Source: a virus
Length of the DNA: 64,000 nucleotides
Reading direction: 5' to 3' (one strand)
Virus record (IMG/VR): IMGVR_UViG_3300045738_002140
Span: 1 to 64,000 of that record
The position numbers were made by a program, and so were the translations under genes. Position 1 is the first letter of the stretch. Each line of letters begins with the position of its first letter. This document shows, in pieces, positions 27,130 to 35,214 of this stretch. The notes under the pieces are model-generated. The model did no database searches and was not told where the DNA came from. It saw only the letters and a list, made by a program, of their open reading frames with translations.

Positions 27130-28842
27130 ATGCACGACCCTTTGGGAAACTTTAATTTTACTATAGTTCCAGACGCAGAAGTCTCTGGGTTTTATCCTCA
27201 CATGGGGACTACGGGATCTAAGGTGACAATAACTGGCGAGTCACTTAAGTATACAACTGGTGTTGCCCTTGTCGACGATTTTCACGATGAGGCACAATTA
27301 GCTTCGTGGAGCCTTCATGAAGGGGACTCGTATTGGGGGGGTACTGATGTAATAAGTGGAACTATACCCTATATAACCTCCCATATAGGGTCTAGGGATT
27401 CATTTGCTATAAGGGTTTATTCTAGCTTAGGGCATACCACCCCGGGAATGGCCCCGGGAGGGGCGGAGTCTTCGGATCGATTCAAGGTAATAGAGCCTAC
27501 GTGCACATTCTTTTGCGATGCAGACTTCAGTGGTTCCTTAAAAGTCAGGGATATACCTTATGATGGTTTGCAAACGGGCTTCCTCGCCAAGGACGAAGAT
27601 GGAAATATAGTATTCAGACAATTAAATGTACAGGGAGTGACTGATTTTAATGCAGCCTCAATTACATTAAGCGCCGGTAGTGGCTTAGTGGGGGGCGGAG
27701 ACCTAACCCAATCTAGGACATTCGACATAGGGGCAGGCACGGGGATTATAGTAAAAGATAACGACATTCATGTAGACACCGGAAATTTTTCGGTTACGGG
27801 TGATAGTTATTTTGATATAGTCCTTACATCTGGCCTACACTCTTCTTCTCATGGGCCTAACGGAGATAGGGTTTACATGACGGATTCTTTAGAGTTAAGT
27901 GTCGGGGCGGGCACGGGAATTATCGTTACAGATACAGACATACACATAGATACTGGCCAAATTCTATCAACAACCGAAGCAGACTCACGATTCCTGCAAA
28001 CGGGGGACGGCTATTTCAACGTAAATGCTGGGCCCGGACTCACTGGCGATATAAAGGTCTACATGGGGGAAGCTCTCGATTTGGGTGTGTTCGTGGATGG
28101 GGAAACCATAAACTTTACTGGTTCTCAGGGGGACGAGATTGGTGCATTCACTGTCATGGATGGAGGCATCACTCCTGAAAAGGTAAGCTTTTGGGACGAA
28201 TTGGTTCTTAAAACTGGAGAGCAATTCATAAGTGGAAATAAATATTTCCATGGAACAGGAACCTTTACTAATCTTTTTGTTCAGGGGTTGTTAACCGCTA
28301 CCGGGGATGGAATATGGGTATCGGATTTATCTATATCGGGGAAGTTAAATCACCCTTCGGCAACTGGAAAATATGTTAGAATGACAGGCATAAGGTGGAA
28401 TGATACTTTCTCTACAACAGAGAAAATAGACTATCAGGACCCGCAGAGCACAGAAGGGGCAGAGATTACGGGTTTATCTATATCACCTAGCGAATCTGGG
28501 CATTCTTTGATAATAGATACAGAGCTGAACTTAAGCGCGGGCAACAATTCTGAAGCCATAATAGCTCTGTTCAAGGATGATGAGGCCACCCCAAGGAGAG
28601 CTTGGTCAAACAACATATATGCTAGAGAGTATGGACAAGTAGTTAGGATGAGGCACGTACACGTAGTAGAAACGACAGGGGAACAGTCTTGGAAGATAAG
28701 GGTAGGAAGAAGGCTGAATCAAAACGGAACAATTTACTTGAACAGGACCCACTATTACGGAGCTAATGGTCCGAGCAACGTGCTAGGAGGAAAAGCGTAT
28801 TCTAATATGACAATAGAAGAAATAAGAGAGTATAAGGAATAA
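27130..28842 (+). CDS. Tail fibre protein (N-terminal IPT, GAGTGII repeats, C-terminal beta-sandwich)
   Basis: AGSGLVGGGDLTQSRTFDIGAGTGIIV and VGAGTGIIV repeats; C-terminal ...SNMTIEEI typical of fibre tips; followed by a chaperone-like gene. Confidence 0.7.
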   Translation: MHDPLGNFNFTIVPDAEVSGFYPHMGTTGSKVTITGESLKYTTGVALVDDFHDEAQLASWSLHEGDSYWGGTDVISGTIPYITSHIGSRDSFAIRVYSSLGHTTPGMAPGGAESSDRFKVIEPTCTFFCDADFSGSLKVRDIPYDGLQTGFLAKDEDGNIVFRQLNVQGVTDFNAASITLSAGSGLVGGGDLTQSRTFDIGAGTGIIVKDNDIHVDTGNFSVTGDSYFDIVLTSGLHSSSHGPNGDRVYMTDSLELSVGAGTGIIVTDTDIHIDTGQILSTTEADSRFLQTGDGYFNVNAGPGLTGDIKVYMGEALDLGVFVDGETINFTGSQGDEIGAFTVMDGGITPEKVSFWDELVLKTGEQFISGNKYFHGTGTFTNLFVQGLLTATGDGIWVSDLSISGKLNHPSATGKYVRMTGIRWNDTFSTTEKIDYQDPQSTEGAEITGLSISPSESGHSLIIDTELNLSAGNNSEAIIALFKDDEATPRRAWSNNIYAREYGQVVRMRHVHVVETTGEQSWKIRVGRRLNQNGTIYLNRTHYYGANGPSNVLGGKAYSNMTIEEIREYKE

Positions 28843-28843
28843 A

Positions 28844-29173
28844 ATGGACATATCAAAAATATTAGAAATTAAATATCCAGATCATGAATGGTCCCTAAGG
28901 GGCAACGGTTATGAAAATCTAACTTGGTCTAACAACAACTCTCTTGCTAAACCAACTGAGGAGGAGCTTACTGACATCTGGGAAGAGGGGGAGTTCCAGA
29001 ACAGCATCCTTCTAGAAGGGGTTCGAAACAGCAGACGAGTAGAGATTATGAACGCTTGGCCTATTGAATCTCAATTCGAAGCGCTAACAGAGAGCTCCAT
29101 GGGGAGACCTGAAAAATTAAATGAATTAATAAATTTTATTATAGAAACGAAAGAAAAATATCCTAAGCCTTAG
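28844..29173 (+). CDS. Tail fibre chaperone-like protein (XkdW-like)
   Basis: YPDHEWSL.G..Y..L.W......KPTEEEL and ...IIETKEKYPKP ending. Confidence 0.6.
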   Translation: MDISKILEIKYPDHEWSLRGNGYENLTWSNNNSLAKPTEEELTDIWEEGEFQNSILLEGVRNSRRVEIMNAWPIESQFEALTESSMGRPEKLNELINFIIETKEKYPKP

Positions 29174-29912
29174 CTATTTTATTCATTCTTTCTATTAGTT
29201 CAAAAATTTTAATATTTGGTATCTGGTCTATGTCTGACATGCTCTCTGCCTCTGGGTAGTCTTCTCTGAGCAATCTGTTTTTTACGTTATCAAACGAGAC
29301 ACCTTTTTCTTTCATTAGGGCCTTCAGCAAAAACTTAGGGTCTGCTTGCATTTCTCGCGTGGGCTCGTTGCCCATCTTGGCGTCACCCATTTCTTCTTGG
29401 GAAACGATGTGAATTTTGAGAAAATTTCTTACGCATCTTACGAAAGCCCTGTTCTCTGCGATGGGGCCTAAAAAGTTTTTAGCAAAACTTTTGGTATTAT
29501 TCGGAGACGCATCACCTATTGAAGAGAAGGTAACGCTCCTGCCTTCTGTTTCAAAATTAGGAATCCACGATATGCTGCATGTTACTACGACGTAGTCTGG
29601 TGATGGGGAGGTCACTGTATACGCCACGTTTGTGTAGCCCCTTATCTGCGCTAACTCCTTGATTCCGCCAAGTAGGATAAGTAGGTCTTTGTCTTCTAGC
29701 TTTGTTACGTCTATCGTTGATGTCTTTTGGCGATTAGATACAAGGTATTCTTGTTTAACCATCTTCCTCCAGTCTATGAGGCCCTCTTCGGTAAAGAGAT
29801 ATTCTATTGAAGCATCGTCGATCAAGCCGTGCTCATTTCTCGAGAAAACCTTTGGTGGCGTACAGGAAGAGTTCTCATCTTTCTGCGCGAAGCCTATATT
29901 TTTTTTGGGCAT
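29163..29912 (-). CDS. Putative ssDNA-annealing recombinase (Rad52/Sak-like fold)
   Basis: GGIKELAQIRG...VVVTCSI...IGDA...IAENRAFVRCVRNFL.I..VSQEEM resembles the conserved AExRAxxR motif of annealing proteins. Confidence 0.45.
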   Translation of the reverse strand: MPKKNIGFAQKDENSSCTPPKVFSRNEHGLIDDASIEYLFTEEGLIDWRKMVKQEYLVSNRQKTSTIDVTKLEDKDLLILLGGIKELAQIRGYTNVAYTVTSPSPDYVVVTCSISWIPNFETEGRSVTFSSIGDASPNNTKSFAKNFLGPIAENRAFVRCVRNFLKIHIVSQEEMGDAKMGNEPTREMQADPKFLLKALMKEKGVSFDNVKNRLLREDYPEAESMSDIDQIPNIKIFELIERMNKIAKA

Positions 29913-29917
29913 ATATT

Positions 29918-29945
29918 ATATTACTATAAAAACCAATAAAGTCAA
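29918..29945 (-). promoter_or_regulatory. sigma70-like leaderless promoter
   Basis: TTGACT-16-TAATAT-5 nt-ATG(29912); the -35 contains the upstream gene's TGA stop. Confidence 0.6.
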
Positions 29946-31129
29946 GCGTCTTTTTTAAGAATGTAATAATCTTGAATCTCTTTCCAGAAGGATTTGTCGT
30001 CTATTATTTTCTGGGGCTTGTAGTCAAAGCCTTCGATCTCTTTGCCTTTATGCCAAGCGGCTACGCTGGGGTATATTTTGCCTTTTGAGATGAGAAACTT
30101 GTTTGATTTATAGTAAAGATTGTCTATTCCTTCGCTCTTTATTTTTTCTATGTCTTCCTTTTTGGGGTGACCTTTTGGCAGGATGACGTTATGGTCCATG
30201 TAGTCTATCTTTATTTCATTTAGTTCTTTTTTATCCATTTCAGATAAAAGAATTGGCCTCACTCCGCCTAGCCTAATAAGGCTCTCTACGAATTGGGGGT
30301 CGTGGTTGTCTTTTTCTATAAGGTAAACTATTTGTTTTATCTTGTCTTTAAATTTTTTTATTATATCTAAAGAGATAGGCTTATTGGTCAGTATGGAGCA
30401 GGGGGTTTTCAGCAATTGATTAACTAAGATGTCCTCGTCAAAATGCAAGTCCATTCTCATGATAATAGAATCAATTAACATCCCTTGTATATTAATTGTT
30501 GAGTGTGGCACGGATTGTACGTTCTTGGGTAGGTAGTTGGGCCCTCTCGTCACGGTGGTATAGCCATAGTCATAATCTATATCTAGTAGAGATAGGACGC
30601 TTTTTGCTATTTCTTCTGGTTTTATTGAGTTGATTGACTTCGGGTTTTCTTCGGTTGCGTAGCTCGGCTTTTTGCCCTCCCTGTCTGGCTCTAGTAATAT
30701 TTGGTTTTGTTTTTCTCCCCAGTAGGGGCTCGCTTGGCTTGGGTAAATATTAGAATAAAGCGCCACCATTTTTTTGTTGTAAGAAGAGGCTATATGGACG
30801 GGGAAGCTGTCTGCGCCTAGGTGTAGCATGGAGTTTCTTATTAGGTAAGCTGCTTGGCCTATGCTCGTTGTACCTTGGGTGCTTCTGCATTTGTTTATTT
30901 GAGGATCTTCTTTGGTTCCTATTTGTAGTATTTCAATTCCGTTTTCCGATAGGGGCTCATAGATTATGTCTATGACCTCTTGCCAAAAATCATAACATTT
31001 AGAATCAAATTTACTTCTGGGGTGGAGGGTTATGTATTTTTCCATGTCGTGTGGAAAAAACTTTTCCAAAATATAAGGCTTGTCTATTTTGGCTCCGCTT
31101 CCTAGCGCATATCTTTCTATTAAGTGCAT
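29942..31129 (-). CDS. GT9 (heptosyltransferase-like) C-terminal domain fused to an unknown domain
   Basis: MHLIERYA...YITLHP.S....K.YDFWQEVI...LQIG...AAYLIRNSMLHLGADSFPVHIASSYNKKMVALY...INSIKPEEI. Confidence 0.75.
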   Translation of the reverse strand: MHLIERYALGSGAKIDKPYILEKFFPHDMEKYITLHPRSKFDSKCYDFWQEVIDIIYEPLSENGIEILQIGTKEDPQINKCRSTQGTTSIGQAAYLIRNSMLHLGADSFPVHIASSYNKKMVALYSNIYPSQASPYWGEKQNQILLEPDREGKKPSYATEENPKSINSIKPEEIAKSVLSLLDIDYDYGYTTVTRGPNYLPKNVQSVPHSTINIQGMLIDSIIMRMDLHFDEDILVNQLLKTPCSILTNKPISLDIIKKFKDKIKQIVYLIEKDNHDPQFVESLIRLGGVRPILLSEMDKKELNEIKIDYMDHNVILPKGHPKKEDIEKIKSEGIDNLYYKSNKFLISKGKIYPSVAAWHKGKEIEGFDYKPQKIIDDKSFWKEIQDYYILKKDA

Positions 31130-31130
31130 T

Positions 31131-31811
31131 TTATCTAAAGTCTATTCCGTATTTGGGCAAAAAAGCATGTCTTATCTCCACCTTCGGGGTGACATAAATT
31201 TTGTATCCGATCTTTCTTGCTTTTTCGAAGAAGGGTATGTGTTCATTTTTCTGGTGGTATGGATCGTATCTTAGGCCGGGCCCAGCTACGAGGGGTTCAC
31301 CCACCCCGATTCCTCCGAACTGGTGTTCTCTGTATATATCCGCTGGCATAAGGAAGCATGTACCGACAGAGGAAACCGATTGAAGGTCTTCGTCTGGTAG
31401 GCTATTGTATGGCTGCTTGTAATCAAAACATTTTCCGTCTAGATCCACAAAACAAGAGATATCATAAAACCTTTTAAACGGCCAAGTTTCATTCTCCTCT
31501 ATAAAAACATATGGAGCAACAACATGTTGATCAGTAAGCGACAGAAGCTTTTGAATTATATCTTTATCAAACTCTACTATATCTGTGTCAATCCAGAAAA
31601 CGTGAGTATGGTCGTCTTTTAGGTGCTTGTCTATAGCGTTATTGCGGGCGTTAGATTCAGCGGCCCATGGCCCTTGGAAGGACGACACGGCCTCATCATA
31701 AACCACGACCTCTTTATCTTCATAAGATAATTCATTTGCGATTCTTTCGGCATTCTTTACCCATGCCTCTGGTCCGTTTGGTCTAAGCAATAGTGGAACT
31801 AAAATTTTCAT
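31131..31811 (-). CDS. GT-A fold glycosyltransferase
   Basis: ARNNAI...VFWIDTDI...SVGTCFLM...EH..F...ARK.GYKIYVTP.VEIRH. Confidence 0.7.
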   Translation of the reverse strand: MKILVPLLLRPNGPEAWVKNAERIANELSYEDKEVVVYDEAVSSFQGPWAAESNARNNAIDKHLKDDHTHVFWIDTDIVEFDKDIIQKLLSLTDQHVVAPYVFIEENETWPFKRFYDISCFVDLDGKCFDYKQPYNSLPDEDLQSVSSVGTCFLMPADIYREHQFGGIGVGEPLVAGPGLRYDPYHQKNEHIPFFEKARKIGYKIYVTPKVEIRHAFLPKYGIDFR

Positions 31812-31812
31812 A

Positions 31813-33729
31813 TTAATATTTAAGGTCAAAAGCTATTTTATCTTTAGCATTATGTTGGTAATCAAACATCCTTTGGGTTCCTGAATAGGGTAGGAATGCC
31901 ACTTCGAAAAATCCCTTATGGTCTCCTTGGCCCTCTAGCCATAGAAGGCTATCCATTTGGGATATGTACGGTATAATTTTGTGCACATATTTGTTGCCTT
32001 GTAGTACCTCAAAGTTTTTCTTGTTTGTCGCAACATAAAGATTATAATCTGGGTATTGTTCTCTTAAGGATTTAAAAAGGCTTGTCGAGAGAAAGACGTC
32101 CCCTATGCTGTCGGGCATAACGTACAGCATCCTTTTGCCTTCGTCGTCTTTGTCGAGGATTTCCTCAAATTTCATTTCTTTTTTACTCTCTTCGTCTTGG
32201 GCGACTTTTCTGAAGTAGTTTTCTACGTCTGCCCTTGTTCTTCCTTTAGAAATTTCTTGTGTCCAGTACTTGTGTCCTTCGTCGGCTTCGTCTACTTTCA
32301 TGTTTAGTATGTGTTCGTACAAGTAGATTAACCATTTGTCGTCTTCTTTTATTTCTGGTATAACTGCTGTGGGGTCTTTGGGTCTTCCCTTTATGGGGAA
32401 ATCATATTTTACTAAATCGAATTTTTTTATTTCTTGCTCTATAAAATTGCCTATTGTCTTTGGGGAATAGTTGTCTAGTGTCCACTGTCTGGCTTTTTCT
32501 CCCATCTCTCTTAGGGGTTTGGGCTTCATGAAATATACCTTACGTATATTTTTAGCTATAGCATATGGTTTTGTTGAAGCCTTGATGAACTCTGTGTTGT
32601 GCTCTCTGTACTCTGCCCAGTCTAGGGCAAGTGACCCCGCTGGGCTTTCGCACATTTCTTCCCCGCAGCTATAGTCTGTTACTAGGGTAACTAGCTCTGT
32701 AAGCTTGGCTTCTTGTATTGGTATTTCTTGTCCTCCCGATGTAAACGGGTGGCAGTATACATCCATAAGGTTATATACTTCATTAAGTTGTTCTTCTGTC
32801 ACCCCCAAGCCTACGTTAGTAGTTCCTCTGCACTTTTTGTTTCCACAGCTATCGCAGTCTTGGTCTTGCCCTGTAAAGTTTTGTATTTTATATGAAAGAC
32901 ATTGGTTGCATACATAGGTGGTGAATATTTCTTTTTTGTCTATTTTATATTCGTCTGATAAGCGCAGGATGTTCCACCCTTCTCCGAAATGAGTATGCAG
33001 CAAGAGTCCGGTGGGCCGTTTTTTGTCATAATATTTATCTTTCCAAATTTTATATCCCTCTAGAAGATTTGGCACAGATTTCCTTAGTTGATTTCTAAAA
33101 ACAAAACCAATCATGAAGATGTCCTGCGGGAGGCCATGTCTTTTCCTTAGCTCTTTTCTCTCGTTGTCTTTTAATCTAAAGAAATAAGAGTCATCTACTG
33201 CCCCGTGGACTGTCTTTACGTGTTTATGCCCTAGCTTGTGTAGGGCTTTTGTCGCGAAGTTTGACCATATCCAGTAGTTTTTTATTTTGGGGGCTTTTTC
33301 TATGGCCGATGGGAGTATGGGTAGGGAGTCTAGGGTTGTCCAAATCACAGAATTAATTTTATTAAACCAAGGCTTATCTATTGAAAAGTCAACACCCCAT
33401 ATATCTTGGGCAGCAATATATATGTCTGGCTTTTCTTGCTCGATCACCTTATCAAGATAATGCGCCCCGTAAGCAGCCATTCTGGCTACGTTTGGGTCTT
33501 TGTTGAGGTTTTTCAGTTCCTCTTGACTGTCCGGTAGGCACCCTAGAGATTGCCAAGGGGTTCTCGCTAGTTGTGGATTTGACCAATTTAACCCGCAGCA
33601 ATAATGAACTAGGTCGTACTTTCCTGTATTGTGAAGGTAAGTAAGAATGGCCTTCGCATTTCTGCCAAAGCCTGTCTTAGCAAGGGAAAAATCGCTTTGA
33701 AATACTATTTTCTTTTTTCTGTTGGACAT
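31813..33729 (-). CDS. Multidomain glycosyltransferase: GT4 (with CxxC zinc-ribbon insert) + DUF4214-like + GT9 N-terminal domain
   Basis: TGFGRNA, RNQLRKSVPNLLEG, CNQC...CDSC, LNEVYNLMDVYCHPFTSGGQEIPIQEAKL; LYEHILN...DEGHKYW; SIGDVFLSTSLFKSLREQYPDYNLYVAT. Confidence 0.8.
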   Translation of the reverse strand: MSNRKKKIVFQSDFSLAKTGFGRNAKAILTYLHNTGKYDLVHYCCGLNWSNPQLARTPWQSLGCLPDSQEELKNLNKDPNVARMAAYGAHYLDKVIEQEKPDIYIAAQDIWGVDFSIDKPWFNKINSVIWTTLDSLPILPSAIEKAPKIKNYWIWSNFATKALHKLGHKHVKTVHGAVDDSYFFRLKDNERKELRKRHGLPQDIFMIGFVFRNQLRKSVPNLLEGYKIWKDKYYDKKRPTGLLLHTHFGEGWNILRLSDEYKIDKKEIFTTYVCNQCLSYKIQNFTGQDQDCDSCGNKKCRGTTNVGLGVTEEQLNEVYNLMDVYCHPFTSGGQEIPIQEAKLTELVTLVTDYSCGEEMCESPAGSLALDWAEYREHNTEFIKASTKPYAIAKNIRKVYFMKPKPLREMGEKARQWTLDNYSPKTIGNFIEQEIKKFDLVKYDFPIKGRPKDPTAVIPEIKEDDKWLIYLYEHILNMKVDEADEGHKYWTQEISKGRTRADVENYFRKVAQDEESKKEMKFEEILDKDDEGKRMLYVMPDSIGDVFLSTSLFKSLREQYPDYNLYVATNKKNFEVLQGNKYVHKIIPYISQMDSLLWLEGQGDHKGFFEVAFLPYSGTQRMFDYQHNAKDKIAFDLKY

Positions 33730-33732
33730 ATT

Positions 33733-34281
33733 CTACCACGGTATCCCGTCTCCTTCGTCGTCTTGTTTGTCGTCTTGTTTGTCTTCCTCTAGGTCTACGA
33801 CTTTAACGGGTTCTTCCTCTTCATTATTTTGAGGAAGAGTCATGGTTTTATCCAAAAAAACTTCTAAATCATGTCTTAGCACCCTTGCTTCTGGGAAGGT
33901 GAAGCCAATGACAAAGCCAGTTTTTGCTGTCGAATCTTCTTTCTCTTGTTTATTTATGGAGAAAGAAAAGCCAACCTGTTTACCATCTCTAAGATAAGGG
34001 CTAAATTTAATTTGGAGAACTTGATTCTGGCTACTGTGGTAGGCCGAGAATTCCCTGTTAGATTCTATTGAGTCTATGAACCCACCAACCTCCATTCTGG
34101 AGAGCTTGGTGATTACTCTTCCTTTGGGGTTTTCTTTGTTCTTGGAGAAGGAGCCTATCTTTCTTTCGCTGTTCCATGAGGCCTGTTTTATTAAAGACGA
34201 CATGACTGAGCCATCTCTATTAAGCCAAAATGAGCAAGCAGATCCGGTGTTCTTGGCGTTTGGTTTATAAAATTGTATCAT
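33733..34281 (-). CDS. Putative ssDNA-binding protein (Whirly/PC4-like) with an acidic SSB-type tail
   Basis: Beta-rich core, C-terminal EEDKQDDKQDDEGDGIPW; located next to the replication genes. Confidence 0.45.
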   Translation of the reverse strand: MIQFYKPNAKNTGSACSFWLNRDGSVMSSLIKQASWNSERKIGSFSKNKENPKGRVITKLSRMEVGGFIDSIESNREFSAYHSSQNQVLQIKFSPYLRDGKQVGFSFSINKQEKEDSTAKTGFVIGFTFPEARVLRHDLEVFLDKTMTLPQNNEEEEPVKVVDLEEDKQDDKQDDEGDGIPW

Positions 34282-34286
34282 ACTTA

Positions 34287-34314
34287 ATAATATCAGGTTT
34301 ACTTAGAATGTCAA
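34287..34314 (-). promoter_or_regulatory. sigma70-like leaderless promoter
   Basis: TTGACA-16-TATTAT (with TGn extension)-5 nt-ATG(34281). Confidence 0.7.
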
Positions 34315-35214
34315 CTCATTTCTTAAATAATCTTTAAGTTTTTTTGTGGCTTTCCAGCCAAGTATTTTTTTCGCTTTTGTTACGTCTGCGAGCGTATGTC
34401 TTGCTTCGCCAACTCTTGTTTCAATATGTTCTTTTTCGCCACCAATCATTTCGGCTAAGCTGTTTACGCTATACGATACGCCTGAGCCTATGTTGAATAC
34501 CTCTCCAAAGGCTTTTTTATTTTCAGTCATGAGGGCAAGGATGTTTGCGTTTACTACGTCTTCGACGTGGGTGAAGTCTCTGGTTTGTTCCCCGTCTCCT
34601 ACTACCGTCATGGGCGTACCGCCTTTATGTTGCTCTAGGAATAAGCCAACAACTGGAGCGTAGAGCCCCTTGAGCGGCTGCCTGTCTCCATAGACATTAA
34701 AGTACCTAAACACTATCGTTTCTAAGCCGCAGGAATCATTAAAAAATTTACATAAATTTTCTGATGCCAGCTTGCTTATAGAATAGGGGTTTAAGCAGTC
34801 CGTGGGCATGTCTTCTATAAGTGGTGGATCATTTTTTAGTCCGTATACAGAAGACGTAGATGAAAATACAAACCTCTTGACCCCGTTGTCTTTGCATGCC
34901 TGTAGCAAATTAGCGGTTCCTACGTAGTTTACTATGCAAACCTTGACGGGGTCATCTATGCTTTTTTGTATTCTTGCTTCGGCAGCTAGGTGAATCACAG
35001 CGTCTGGCTTTTCTCTGAGAAAAAGATGCTTGATGCCGTCTTGATGTTCTATGCTATTAAATAAATTTTTTACGCCACGCTTTTTCCAATAAAACTTTTC
35101 GTTTGACTCTGCGGATTCATTATCTACGCAAACAACATCATGGCCATCTTCATAAAGTCGGTCAACAATATGGCTGCCTATGAACCCCGCACCACCTGTA
35201 ACTATTATTTTCAT
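34303..35214 (-). CDS. NAD-dependent nucleotide-sugar epimerase/dehydratase (extended SDR)
   Basis: TGGAGFIG, SSTSSVYG, YSISK, RYFNVYG, GDGEQTRDF. Confidence 0.93.
   Translation of the reverse strand: MKIIVTGGAGFIGSHIVDRLYEDGHDVVCVDNESAESNEKFYWKKRGVKNLFNSIEHQDGIKHLFLREKPDAVIHLAAEARIQKSIDDPVKVCIVNYVGTANLLQACKDNGVKRFVFSSTSSVYGLKNDPPLIEDMPTDCLNPYSISKLASENLCKFFNDSCGLETIVFRYFNVYGDRQPLKGLYAPVVGLFLEQHKGGTPMTVVGDGEQTRDFTHVEDVVNANILALMTENKKAFGEVFNIGSGVSYSVNSLAEMIGGEKEHIETRVGEARHTLADVTKAKKILGWKATKKLKDYLRNELTF

Noticed and set aside
23604-28842. Diversity-generating retroelement or invertible fibre cassette
   Set aside because: No reverse transcriptase, invertase or near-identical TR/VR pair visible; the repeats are diverged protein-level repeats
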